Source: a virus
Reading direction: 5' to 3' (one strand)
Length of the DNA: 64,000 nt
Virus record (IMG/VR): IMGVR_UViG_3300028830_000319
Coordinates: 9,110 to 73,109 of that record
In this document: positions 55,422-64,000 of the stretch, one piece after another
How positions within the stretch are numbered: position 1 is the stretch's first letter
Layout: each line of letters begins with the position of its first letter
Translations under genes and position numbers: made by a program
Notes under the pieces: generated by a model
What the model saw: only the letters and a program-made list of their open reading frames with translations
The model's database searches: none
Told to the model about the DNA's origin: nothing

Positions 55422-55913
55422 CTAAGCGGCTTGATGTCCCTTCAGCCAGTCTTGGAATTCTCCGCGAATGATTGGACCGATCTGATCCAATGCGGACTGC
55501 ACCGCTGCCACCAAGGCATGCTGCAGCGCAGCAAGCAATGCCGGTGGAATCGGCGGCAGCGCGAAATCGGTCGGCATCGCGCTCTCGTTCACGCGAGCAG
55601 TCGGCGCGCTAGACGCCGCGGGGAATGCCTTCATGATCTCCATGACGATGGCGATTAGCTGCGGAAGATTCTGCACAAGCAGTTTCAGCAGCGTGCCGTC
55701 TCCCAGCTTTGCGGTGGTTGCTGATTGTCCGGACGACGCTTCGTCGATCGCTTCGCCAACGATCTGCAAGCCTTGGCGGCTAGAGATGATCGTGTCGAGA
55801 TTTGCGCGTTCCTCCGATGTCAGATTCGTACGCCTCCCGGCTTGCTTTAGAATAAATCGCAGGACTAATGGATTCCGGCTTGCTGTGCCCGGACCTTGAG
55901 TTCCCGTTGACAT
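55422..55913 (-). CDS. Amphipathic/membrane-associated hypothetical protein
   Basis: GDGTLLKLLVQNLPQLIAIVMEIM. Confidence 0.55.
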   Translation of the reverse strand: MSTGTQGPGTASRNPLVLRFILKQAGRRTNLTSEERANLDTIISSRQGLQIVGEAIDEASSGQSATTAKLGDGTLLKLLVQNLPQLIAIVMEIMKAFPAASSAPTARVNESAMPTDFALPPIPPALLAALQHALVAAVQSALDQIGPIIRGEFQDWLKGHQAA

Positions 55914-55963
55914 AGTAAAAACTCCTTCGTGAAACGTTTGGGAAATGGTTCGGAAAACGGGGG

Positions 55964-56167
55964 TCAGCGTTTGGCCTGTCGAAAAGGATCGCCTTTGGCT
56001 CGCACGATCGCGTTGTAAACCTCCTCGCGATGTACTGCGACGTTTGAACTTCCAGTGATTCCGAGGCGGACTTTGTCGCCGCGAATGTCGACGATCGTCA
56101 CATCGATAAGCTCATTACCTACGACGATCTTGATACGCTCTTCGACGGCTCGTGATAACACCAACAT
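55964..56167 (-). CDS. csrA: Carbon storage regulator (RNA-binding) homolog
   Basis: MLVLSR...I.VTIVDIRGDKVRLGI...VHREEVY. Confidence 0.93.
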   Translation of the reverse strand: MLVLSRAVEERIKIVVGNELIDVTIVDIRGDKVRLGITGSSNVAVHREEVYNAIVRAKGDPFRQAKR

Positions 56168-56218
56168 GGTTTTGACCTCCCTGTCGTGAAATGAATCCTG
56201 TTTAGTAAATGCCGAGCG

Positions 56219-56608
56219 TTACGAATCGCTCGGGGAACTTTCCTGTGAGCCCTGCGCGGCATCCTCAGAGTCGGCCAGTGTGCCTTCATGCACGACCTGG
56301 CCCCATGTGCCTTCCTTGGGAGCGGCGGCCGCCTGTTCGGCCTTGGCGGCTTGGCCGAGTTGAAACGGCATCCAGTAGCACGCGCGCGGCGCCGGGATCT
56401 CGCCCGGCTGGGGATAGACGAGTGGCACATCGGTCAGCGGATGTACGGTGCCATCCGATCCATGCACCGTCAGGTTCACCACATCGTCGCCAATCACAGC
56501 CGTGATCGTGGCTGCCAGCGGCTGGCCGGGCAGGGCGGGGATGTCGGAATTTAAGGCGGGTTGATACCACACGACGCGGCCAACCGTTGGGGGAATCTTC
56601 GTCATCAA
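56219..56608 (-). CDS. Conserved phage protein
   Basis: PTVGRVVWY...AATITAV...VNLTV. Confidence 0.65.
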   Translation of the reverse strand: MMTKIPPTVGRVVWYQPALNSDIPALPGQPLAATITAVIGDDVVNLTVHGSDGTVHPLTDVPLVYPQPGEIPAPRACYWMPFQLGQAAKAEQAAAAPKEGTWGQVVHEGTLADSEDAAQGSQESSPSDS

Positions 56609-56678
56609 AATAGTCTCCAGTCACCAGCGCTAGAATCAAATCAGGTTCAAGGATGCGAGCGCACAAGGGCGTCGCGGT

Positions 56679-57086
56679 TTAGTCCTCGTCGTCATCGTCA
56701 TCGACTTCAAGTTCGGCCACGGCGTCGACCGTGAGCCATCCAGCGCGTTTTGAAAAGTGCGCGAGTTCCTCCATGGGGATCTCCGACAGCGCGAACGTCA
56801 GGCCGGCGGAGATATCCTTGGGTGAGACGCCGATACGCTTCACGTCGAACACGCTTTTGATTTCGTGCTGTGTGTCGCCCATGCCATTTAAGGGCTTCTG
56901 AGTGGGATCCTCGTTCGTCTTGGCGGTCTTGACGCTGCCGGTTAGCCGGCGACCGCACAGGATCTCTTCAGCTTCGGAAAGTTCAATATCTTCGCGGTCG
57001 ATCTTGATCCCTATTCGCGCAGTATTCTCTCCGATCGAGACACCACCGAATCTCACGGCGATTCTCTTTTTCTTCGTAGCAACCAT
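56679..57086 (-). CDS. Hypothetical protein
   Basis: RBS GGAG, acidic tail. Confidence 0.6.
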   Translation of the reverse strand: MVATKKKRIAVRFGGVSIGENTARIGIKIDREDIELSEAEEILCGRRLTGSVKTAKTNEDPTQKPLNGMGDTQHEIKSVFDVKRIGVSPKDISAGLTFALSEIPMEELAHFSKRAGWLTVDAVAELEVDDDDDED

Positions 57087-57115
57087 GGGTCACACTCCTT
57101 TGGGATAAAAGCCAA

Positions 57116-57334
57116 CTAACGCACGTCATCACGTTCAATGACGATCGAAAACAATTGCTTCACCGTCTTGCCGTTGGGCAGGATGTACTTTTGCGGGGTA
57201 TGGATATCCGCCGCGATCTCCATCGTGGTTGCGAACATCGTGTTGGGAACGACTCGCCAGGAATCCATCAGCAGCGCGTTGAGTTCTTCGTAGAACTGCC
57301 GCTGGTAGTTGCTGACCACGACCTGTTGCATCAC
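57116..57334 (-). CDS. Small hypothetical protein
   Basis: Coupled to the resolvase gene. Confidence 0.5.
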   Translation of the reverse strand: MMQQVVVSNYQRQFYEELNALLMDSWRVVPNTMFATTMEIAADIHTPQKYILPNGKTVKQLFSIVIERDDVR

Positions 57335-57837
57335 GACGCTCTCCGCCGCCGAGCAAACTCAGCGATCAAAAGCGCATCAGCTCGGCCGTGATGTTTCTTC
57401 AGGTTCAAGTGCGGCGCAGCCAGAGGAAACAATCTCCGCGCAACGGTCCGCGATGCATCTTTGTCCTTGGGAGAATCCGCCATGATCTTGGACTTCCAGG
57501 ACACTGGCGCCACGAGCTCGTAAGGCACGCCGAGCGTTTCGAGCATCCCAATCAACATGCCGTAGCCCATCCCGGTGCGAAACGTCGAGACGCCGCCTTG
57601 CTGGCGACCATTGAGAGTGGCTGGCATCGCCTGTTGTCGCTCAATGGCGATGCAGATTTGCTGGCCTTCAGATGACCATCCTTTGATGGCGGCGATGATC
57701 TGGTGCAGGTCCAGTTCGCGGTGGCTCTTCTTCGCGCCTTGGAGCGTGATCGTTGGCATATCCACGAAGTCGACGGCATCGCCATCGATTAGCGCCAAAG
57801 CGCCATCCAAACCCGGGTCAATTCCAATCCATCGCAT
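57331..57837 (-). CDS. RuvC-like Holliday junction resolvase
   Basis: IGIDPG, IAIE, FRTGMGYG, GRADALLIA. Confidence 0.88.
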   Translation of the reverse strand: MRWIGIDPGLDGALALIDGDAVDFVDMPTITLQGAKKSHRELDLHQIIAAIKGWSSEGQQICIAIERQQAMPATLNGRQQGGVSTFRTGMGYGMLIGMLETLGVPYELVAPVSWKSKIMADSPKDKDASRTVARRLFPLAAPHLNLKKHHGRADALLIAEFARRRRAS

Positions 57838-57840
57838 GAT

Positions 57841-58473
57841 TCAGGTGCTCCCAATGGTTTTTAGAGTCACGCCCAGTTTGGCGCTGATGCTCTCGGTGGT
57901 TTGCTTCCGGCTGGTAATGCGCGTTCGCGGCGCCGGCAGGCCAGTGATTACCTTGATTGGATTCGAAGGCTGGTGGCCGTTCAGGCGATTTTGTTTTTCG
58001 TTGTGCCCGATGAGCGGCGCGGCGGCCTCGGCGGTGATTCCCGCTTCAAGTAGCCGGACATAGATGCGTTCAAAGTCCTTTCGCAACCACGTTTCGAATT
58101 CCTCACGGCCTTCGATCGTCGAGACCCGTTCCCAGCCGCCCAGATTTCGAATCGTGGCGTTGATGATCGGATCGTCGAAGTCAACGCTCGCGTAGTACCC
58201 GTGCTGGTCATTCGCCTTCGAGAAGGCTTCCCAGGCAAAAGCGGCGCGGGCGGCCGGCGAAAGAACGCCAGCGAGCTCGCGCAGTTCGACTGGCTTGGGG
58301 AAAAACTTCATCTCCAAGGCCGCGCGCTTGCAGGCCCGCATCACGTCGCCAATCGGCAGGTCCTCTAGCGCCATCTGGTAAACGCGCACCGTCACGTCGG
58401 TGATCTTGCGGCCAAAGGCTTCGCCCAGGCAGGTTAGCGCATCGATGAGTTGCTTTTTATCCGAAGAGTTCAC
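57841..58473 (-). CDS. Helicase loader/inhibitor-like protein (DUF6475-like); GTG start
   Basis: FFPKPVEL, AWEAF, VDFDDPIINATIRNLGGW; follows the initiator. Confidence 0.7.
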   Translation of the reverse strand: MNSSDKKQLIDALTCLGEAFGRKITDVTVRVYQMALEDLPIGDVMRACKRAALEMKFFPKPVELRELAGVLSPAARAAFAWEAFSKANDQHGYYASVDFDDPIINATIRNLGGWERVSTIEGREEFETWLRKDFERIYVRLLEAGITAEAAAPLIGHNEKQNRLNGHQPSNPIKVITGLPAPRTRITSRKQTTESISAKLGVTLKTIGST

Positions 58474-59290
58474 TTGGCGAGTCTCCTTCCTTGTCGATCT
58501 GACGGTGCAGGCGTTCGCGCGTGGCCAGGTTTCCAAGTGGATCGTTCGGATCATGCTTGGGCTTCTTGTCGTCCCAGACCGGCGCCGCCCAGCCTTGCCG
58601 AATGGCTTCGTCAAGTAGCTCAATCGCGTTGCCTACGTCACGCTTGGAAAGTTCGGCAAGCTGGCGCATGAGCGTGGCCTGCGTCGGATGACGATGGTTC
58701 CGCTCAATGAGGTATTCCAGCCAGGTCGACCAGGCCTTGAGAAACTCGGGCGTGTTCAGGCCATCTGGAATCGGAATCAGCGGCGGAGCGCCTGACACTG
58801 AAAACGGAGGTGGAGACGGCAACGGAAGAGAAGAAGAAGACGGAGAAGAAGACGGAGACGGAGAGTTCACAAATGCTTCGATTGGTGGTTCGTTTATTGG
58901 TTTAAACGGTGGTTTGTCATTTGGTTTGAGTTTGCCTGACTTGCGCCTCGATTCGACCGACTTCCTACCACCCAAACTACTTTTCTCCCTCCATTCCTCC
59001 CTCTCTTTCCTAAGTTCAAATAATTTCGTGTTGGTGATAAAACCGGTTTTGGTTGGATGATTCGTGAAGCATTCGCGAATCAAACGTGAACCACCGTCGA
59101 ACCATTTTTCACCCATCAGGGAGAGCCTGGCCAAGAGCTGGTCGTCATCCGGAAGTGAACAATCTTTGTCCGCCCAGAGGTGGCATAGGAGGCGCAAGTA
59201 GCCCCTCTCCTGATGGGCGTCCATCATGGCTATGCGCGTGCTACCCAACCAATCGGAGTAGTACAGCGGGAATGCGGGATCCTTCGCCAT
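58457..59290 (-). CDS. Replication initiator (DUF1376/YdaU-like)
   Basis: PAFPLYYSDWL...GYLRLLCHLW; SPSPS linker; C-terminal W..W..Y domain. Confidence 0.85.
   Translation of the reverse strand: MAKDPAFPLYYSDWLGSTRIAMMDAHQERGYLRLLCHLWADKDCSLPDDDQLLARLSLMGEKWFDGGSRLIRECFTNHPTKTGFITNTKLFELRKEREEWREKSSLGGRKSVESRRKSGKLKPNDKPPFKPINEPPIEAFVNSPSPSSSPSSSSLPLPSPPPFSVSGAPPLIPIPDGLNTPEFLKAWSTWLEYLIERNHRHPTQATLMRQLAELSKRDVGNAIELLDEAIRQGWAAPVWDDKKPKHDPNDPLGNLATRERLHRQIDKEGDSPSELFG
58880..58927. repeat. Four 12-bp iteron-like repeats in the initiator gene (putative ori)
   Basis: GATTGGTGGTTC/GTTTATTGGTTT/AAACGGTGGTTT/GTCATTTGGTTT. Confidence 0.55.
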
Positions 59291-59292
59291 GT

Positions 59293-59520
59293 TCACTTCC
59301 GGGTGCAGATGGTTTCGAGCGCGTGTTCCCACTCGGCGGCCGTCCAGCCGCCCTTGGCCGTTTCGGGCGTCGAGCGTGCGCAGAGCCGCGCCACATCCGC
59401 CCAGGTGGCCTTAAATCGCTTCCGGCGTTTGTAGCCGCGTAGAGAGATCCCGTCCCGGGATATTTCCACCACGAGAGCGCCAAAGCGTCTCACGACCGGT
59501 TTGGCTGGTTCAGTGACCAA
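59293..59520 (-). CDS. Hypothetical basic protein
   Basis: 75 aa, operonic. Confidence 0.5.
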   Translation of the reverse strand: MVTEPAKPVVRRFGALVVEISRDGISLRGYKRRKRFKATWADVARLCARSTPETAKGGWTAAEWEHALETICTRK

Positions 59521-59626
59521 GCTGTGCCTCCATGCGCAGTTCGAGTTGTGGGGTCAGTGAAAGCGTGGTGAACTGGAAAGTCAGAAGTCGCATTGTCAAC
59601 GTCCGTGTCGCGTGAAAGGTGGTTGT

Positions 59627-59788
59627 CTACCCGAGCTTTTTCAGGAGCGCGTCATACGCCTCCGCTTCGATGCGCATGGCATCAGACTTGTTTTTGTCCG
59701 CACGTCCGCTGGCGAGCTGGAAAAGCGAATTCCGCTTCTCCGTGCATGCGGATTTCAATCGCTTTTTGTCCTGGTCCGTGAGTTCCAT
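59627..59788 (-). CDS. Hypothetical protein (53 aa; not in the ORF track)
   Basis: MELTDQDKKRLKSAC...; RBS AAGGA. Confidence 0.5.
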   Translation of the reverse strand: MELTDQDKKRLKSACTEKRNSLFQLASGRADKNKSDAMRIEAEAYDALLKKLG

Positions 59789-59881
59789 CGGTGATTCCTT
59801 TCAGGTCTTGTGAGCCCGGGCCGCCGTTATCCAGACACTGCCCAGCGACGGACCGGGCTCTCTCACAAAAAGGTTGAATTG

Positions 59882-60097
59882 CTATCGGCGCCTGTGCATA
59901 CGATCGTTTTCGCGCCGGGCCTTTTGCAGCTCTTCCTGGTTCTCGATCCGGCGGGTTGGATCGGTTGAATACGATCCACCTTCGTCCGGTTCATCGTCGT
60001 GAAGACCACAGCCGTAGGTGCAGCGATACAGGTTCGTTCCGATCAACTTGCTCGGTCGACCGCACCGCGGGCATTTTGGTTGCTTGGGTTTCTTCAT
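59882..60097 (-). CDS. Zn-finger protein
   Basis: CPRCG...CTYGCG. Confidence 0.55.
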   Translation of the reverse strand: MKKPKQPKCPRCGRPSKLIGTNLYRCTYGCGLHDDEPDEGGSYSTDPTRRIENQEELQKARRENDRMHRRR

Positions 60098-60101
60098 GGG
60101 G

Positions 60102-60695
60102 TTACCTGCTGATGACGCTATCGAGGCGAATGGACGCATCTGTGATGCCATCGCCGTATTTACCGAGCGCGCGGGAGAAGTCGGATCCTAATTGCTTCGC
60201 TAAGCAATCGAGCGCGTCGAGAATTAAGATCACGTCAGAGGCCTGCACCTGGACCAAGGAAGGCTCTGGGGGCACGTCTTCAAACGTGCCATCGGGACGC
60301 ATGGAAGGCATGTTCAATACGTCGTGCGGATCAGTCGATCCGTCGTGGCGAAGTCCGCTGAGTTGAACATACGCGACGACTTCCGCGCCTTCAGCGTCTG
60401 GGACCGCGATGACAACTTCGGTGCGTCCTCCAATGGCGATGATGGCACCAAGAATCCTCGCTCGATTCCTGCATCGCAGTTTCAGCGGGTACTTTTTAGG
60501 TTCGAGCTGAGGCATTAAATCGAACTCAGATTCAACCCCATCCTTGGAATGAACGCCGTTCATTTGGTTGAAGCAAAGCGTCTCTCCGCCGTCGCTTCTT
60601 GGGATGCCCAAGATCATGGAACCTGGCCATTGGTAACCGATAATGCGAACCGCATCGCCGCGTCTAATCGTCCGGTTGTAAACTGGCTTGTCCAT
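60102..60695 (-). CDS. Hypothetical protein
   Basis: 197 aa, RBS GAG. Confidence 0.55.
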   Translation of the reverse strand: MDKPVYNRTIRRGDAVRIIGYQWPGSMILGIPRSDGGETLCFNQMNGVHSKDGVESEFDLMPQLEPKKYPLKLRCRNRARILGAIIAIGGRTEVVIAVPDAEGAEVVAYVQLSGLRHDGSTDPHDVLNMPSMRPDGTFEDVPPEPSLVQVQASDVILILDALDCLAKQLGSDFSRALGKYGDGITDASIRLDSVISR

Positions 60696-60790
60696 CTCGG
60701 CGGCTCGCTCAAAAAGTGACTTGGTTCAAAAATCGCCTCTGCCTGCCACCAGCGACGAGCCAGCGGCAGACAGAGACGACGCGCTGGGGT

Positions 60791-62356
60791 TCAAGAGGCG
60801 GAATCAGTCGATTCCGCCGGTGTGTCGTCGGGCTCGTAGTCCTCGCACCGCAACGGCCCGCGGCTCACTTCGGCGGCCAGGATGTGGATCTGGTGCTTCT
60901 TCGCGTGCGCATGGATCTGATTGCGTGCATCTGGCGATAGCCCTTCGTATGCCGCCTGATCCAACACAAGGCAGCCCCACGGTGGCAACGTACCCATCGC
61001 AAGATCGATCGCGAGGATATAACGCTCACCTTCAGACAGGTCCGAAAAGTATTCGTCGCCACGGTCGGTGGTCAGAACCAGGCGTCCCGCTTTGACGCGC
61101 AGCGGCGGCGCGTTCAGTTGCTGGGCCAAAACATCGTCGACCTGTTTGCCACTACTGCGCAATCGCTCTGCAGTAGCTGCGTGCTTAGTGGCCGCCGCGC
61201 GATATTCCTTGGCGTCCTCCAGGGCTTTCTTCGCCGCGCGAACCGTGGCTCCATACTCGATGGCCGCAGACGCGTCTTGCACCGCTTTGTCGGCGGCTGC
61301 CAGTTCTTCGGGAGACGGGCCAGGGACGGCGCCAGCGTCGATCGTGCGCTGCCAACCTGCCAGCATTTCATGGTGATTCCTGGCCGCGATCAACTTGGCG
61401 GAAGCTAACTCTCGATCGGCTGCCAGCTTCTCGCTGAGCTTGATGCCAGCGTCCAGCGTAGTTTGCAAGGCTTTGATCTGGTCAACCAGTTCCTGGCATT
61501 TGAGATCGCAATTTGCCTTCTCAAGCACGATCGCGTCGAGGTCGATTTGCAGATCATCAATTGACGGTGTGTCGGCTGCCTTGGCCCTGGCAGCTTCCAG
61601 GTCACGTTGCGCAGCCGCCACGCGATCGAGGGACGAAGCGGCGTCGCGGGCGTTTTCTTGCAATGCAGCTCGTCGCTCGATCGTACGCTCATGTGCCTCG
61701 CGCAGTTCAACGGCGTCGCATGGCGCATCCAGGTTCAGGTCTTCGGCCTGATCCGTCAGGCCCTTGGCATGGCCTTTGGCATGCTCGGCGGCCGCTTCCT
61801 CTGTGCGGGCAGCAGTGTCCAGGTCGCGTTTGATCTTTGCGGCCATCTCGACGATATCGGTGACTTTCAGAGTCTCCGGCTTGCAATGCTTTTCCAGGTC
61901 CTCCCAAGACCCAACGACGCCAGCAAACAGGGCAGGGGTAGGTTCGACCTTGCGCAGGCGGAGCAGTTCCTTGATGCGCGCCGCGTCGGCCCGGGCCTGG
62001 TCATCGATCTCGGGGTCCACCAGGGCGGAGAGATCAAAGTTTCCTTCGATCGATTGGATTTCAACCTCTCCGGACTGCGTCGACCGAGAAGATATTGAGA
62101 TATGAAGCGTGCCGGTATCGATCGTTCCTCGCGCGGCGGCATCGCGCACGGGCACCTTGACTTTGGCGCCAAGGGCACGGCGAGCGGCCTTGAGCGCCGT
62201 ACTTTTACCCACGCCATTGGAACCTTTCAGTACGGTGATACCGCCGCCTTCCCGAAGTCGAATGTCAATGTCGCTGGGCCCGAGATCGCGGACGGAGATA
62301 ATGCGCTCCGGAACGGTAGGCGTTGACGAAGTTGGCTTGATCATTGATTTACCCAT
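60791..62356 (-). CDS. SMC/Rad50-like ABC ATPase with long coiled coil
   Basis: GSNGVGKST, central coiled coil, LSEGE signature, LVLDQ Walker B variant. Confidence 0.8.
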   Translation of the reverse strand: MGKSMIKPTSSTPTVPERIISVRDLGPSDIDIRLREGGGITVLKGSNGVGKSTALKAARRALGAKVKVPVRDAAARGTIDTGTLHISISSRSTQSGEVEIQSIEGNFDLSALVDPEIDDQARADAARIKELLRLRKVEPTPALFAGVVGSWEDLEKHCKPETLKVTDIVEMAAKIKRDLDTAARTEEAAAEHAKGHAKGLTDQAEDLNLDAPCDAVELREAHERTIERRAALQENARDAASSLDRVAAAQRDLEAARAKAADTPSIDDLQIDLDAIVLEKANCDLKCQELVDQIKALQTTLDAGIKLSEKLAADRELASAKLIAARNHHEMLAGWQRTIDAGAVPGPSPEELAAADKAVQDASAAIEYGATVRAAKKALEDAKEYRAAATKHAATAERLRSSGKQVDDVLAQQLNAPPLRVKAGRLVLTTDRGDEYFSDLSEGERYILAIDLAMGTLPPWGCLVLDQAAYEGLSPDARNQIHAHAKKHQIHILAAEVSRGPLRCEDYEPDDTPAESTDSAS

Positions 62357-62388
62357 TGCGCTAAATACCAGAGAACGAAGTGTGGGAA

Positions 62389-62892
62389 TTACGGTTGAAA
62401 CTGCTGCGTCCAATAAATCGTGCCGGCCGTGTTGTGATACGCGCCGATGCCGATCTTGCGCCAGCGTGGATTGAGGATGTTCGCGCGGTGACCGCTGGAC
62501 GTCATCCACGAATGCATCACGTGGGCGGGGGAAGTCTGCCCCATCGCAATGTTTTCGCTGGGATTCTGACCGTGCGTCATGCTGCTGTTGGTCGCCATCC
62601 ACCACGTTTGATAGCGCGCGGTGTAAAGCAACTGCCGATCGATCGCGACCGGTGCCAGGCCGTAGTGCGTTCGCTCGGCATTGACCAAGGCAAGCACTGC
62701 TTGTTCAGCGGGCGTTTCACCCTCGGCTTTGATCTGGTCAACCAGCCACTGCGGCGCGGACAACAGCGCCACCGCCGCGTTGGGCCCGCCAGCACCGCCG
62801 CCGCCGCCGCCCCAGCCACGCCGCCCGCGGGCCTCAGCGCTCGAGACGAACGAGGCACAGATCAACAACGCGATCACGATTCGAACCATCAT
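62389..62892 (-). CDS. Exported CAP/SCP-domain protein
   Basis: Signal peptide; VNAER, ENIAMG, WMTSSGHRANIL, YWTQQF. Confidence 0.9.
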   Translation of the reverse strand: MMVRIVIALLICASFVSSAEARGRRGWGGGGGGAGGPNAAVALLSAPQWLVDQIKAEGETPAEQAVLALVNAERTHYGLAPVAIDRQLLYTARYQTWWMATNSSMTHGQNPSENIAMGQTSPAHVMHSWMTSSGHRANILNPRWRKIGIGAYHNTAGTIYWTQQFQP

Positions 62893-63067
62893 GGTTTAGC
62901 TCTCCTGAGATTGGGACGAACATCGAAATTCAAAACTGTCGGTTCCACACACAGGGACACTTCGGCCGTCCACAATCGGCCTACTGCTTAATCCCTCGTC
63001 GCAGCATTCGCTCCTTACAGAGGTGGGGTGCTTTTTTCACGGCTGCCCGACAGGACGCACGAGGACA

Positions 63068-64000
63068 CTACATGCCGGCTTCGGTCGCCGACTGATCTTT
63101 GGGGAACATTTGCCCGCGCAACTCAGCAACACGAACTTCGTAAAGCTCGCGCGACCGTACGCGGTGGGCATCTTCAACAACCCATCCCGCAGGTCCGGAC
63201 TGCATGTCGTAAACGTTTCTGGCATCATCCGGCGTTTTTGCCGCTTGTAGTTCGGCCTTGATGCGAGCCTCGATATCTGTCGACTGCTTTTTGCTGTCGA
63301 GCGCAGCGGCCGTTTGGTTGCCCTTCGTGGTTCCGTTCGCGGCGGCCGTCTGCGGGCCTTCGTTCATCGAAGGGAACAAGACGTTTGCAAACTCCTGGCC
63401 GTTTTGAATCGCGGTCAGGTCACCCTTGAGAATCACAAGGTTTTCAACGGTCAGGCCCTGAAGCGTCGCCACACCGCATTTGTCGAGGATGTGCGGCTCA
63501 GTGACGCCAACCTTGGCCAGCGACGAGACAAGCACATCGATCGCAGCCGACATGCCCTTGCTCTTGATATACGCCTCGATCTTCGCGCGAACGCCAGCTT
63601 TAGCGGCGGCCAATGCCTTGTCGACCAGCCATTCGGGCACCGCTTTGAGGATCACATTGCGAGTGGCCTTGCTCTGGCCGATCTGAAAGCGCATGTCGTC
63701 TTTGCGCTCGGCATCGTGCTTGCCATGCACCGTCCATTTCTTCGACTGCCGAAACTGACGTGTGATCGTAAATCCAGTCTCCAGGTCGACGAATGCGGCC
63801 GTGAAAACCCACGACGTGGGCGTGTCCTGCATGGGCAGTAGTTCAATGGCACAGTTGCCCCAGCAGCGTGCCGCGGCCACAGCCAGGCCGATGCTCGGGC
63901 CTTCGATGCGATCTTTGCCAGCTCCCCAGCCGTAGTAGAAGGATTCGCCAGCAAGTTGCGACTCTTGCTCCAGTGCGCGTGTGACGGAATGCAGGTCACG
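63068..64000 (-). CDS. Putative phage recombination/annealing protein (5' end outside the window)
   Basis: Frame open to the window edge; YY.W...IEGPSIGLA...WGN, RNVIL. Confidence 0.6.
   Translation of the reverse strand, partial: RDLHSVTRALEQESQLAGESFYYGWGAGKDRIEGPSIGLAVAAARCWGNCAIELLPMQDTPTSWVFTAAFVDLETGFTITRQFRQSKKWTVHGKHDAERKDDMRFQIGQSKATRNVILKAVPEWLVDKALAAAKAGVRAKIEAYIKSKGMSAAIDVLVSSLAKVGVTEPHILDKCGVATLQGLTVENLVILKGDLTAIQNGQEFANVLFPSMNEGPQTAAANGTTKGNQTAAALDSKKQSTDIEARIKAELQAAKTPDDARNVYDMQSGPAGWVVEDAHRVRSRELYEVRVAELRGQMFPKDQSATEAGM

Larger units (their letters stand above)
1..64000. mobile_element. Tailed phage/prophage genome segment (Mu-like head/neck, lambda-like capsid), probably of a Planctomycetota host; both ends extend beyond the window
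   Basis: Terminase, portal, protease, capsid, tail, replication and recombination genes throughout; no host housekeeping genes, integrase or att seen. Confidence 0.93.

Noticed and set aside
58815-58866. GAAGAA/GGAGAC purine repeat
   Set aside because: Encodes the Ser/Pro linker common in phage initiators
62900-63053. Glycine riboswitch (CCGAAG and CTCAGG words)
   Set aside because: Motif order and spacing do not rebuild the aptamer, and the downstream gene is unrelated
1-64000. Gene transfer agent interpretation
   Set aside because: Own replication, recombination, methylation and anti-defence genes indicate an autonomous phage

Overview
The whole window reads as one tailed-phage (or prophage) genome segment of about 100 genes. 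It contains no host housekeeping genes, integrase, att site or repressor, so prophage versus free phage cannot be decided. The host is probably a planctomycete (inferred from the style of DnaN, CsrA and the secreted low-complexity proteins). There are three blocks. (1) 1-28.8 kb, minus strand: sialidase-LamG protein, terminase, Mu-like protease, lambda-like capsid and decoration proteins, neck and tail genes, a -1 frameshifted tail chaperone, then a portal with an extra C-terminal domain and MuF. A plus-strand SRAP + RloA/RloB-like insert interrupts this block. (2) 29.1-48.5 kb, plus strand: early/accessory operon with DUF932, tRNA-Arg(UCU), adenine and cytosine methyltransferases, SNF2-like helicase, DnaN and a HerA-like ATPase. 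It also holds a cassette-like run of small genes (clear Tad1 homolog, MazG-like, DUF6527-like) separated by repeated spacers, and a tRNA-like RNA with a 75-nt variable region. Two HEPN-like genes follow on the minus strand. (3) 50.4-64 kb, minus strand: recombination and replication genes, RuvC-like resolvase and CsrA, then an exported-protein module with a divergent di-haem cytochrome c where lysis genes are expected. All family assignments are by-eye motif recognition; no database searches were run.
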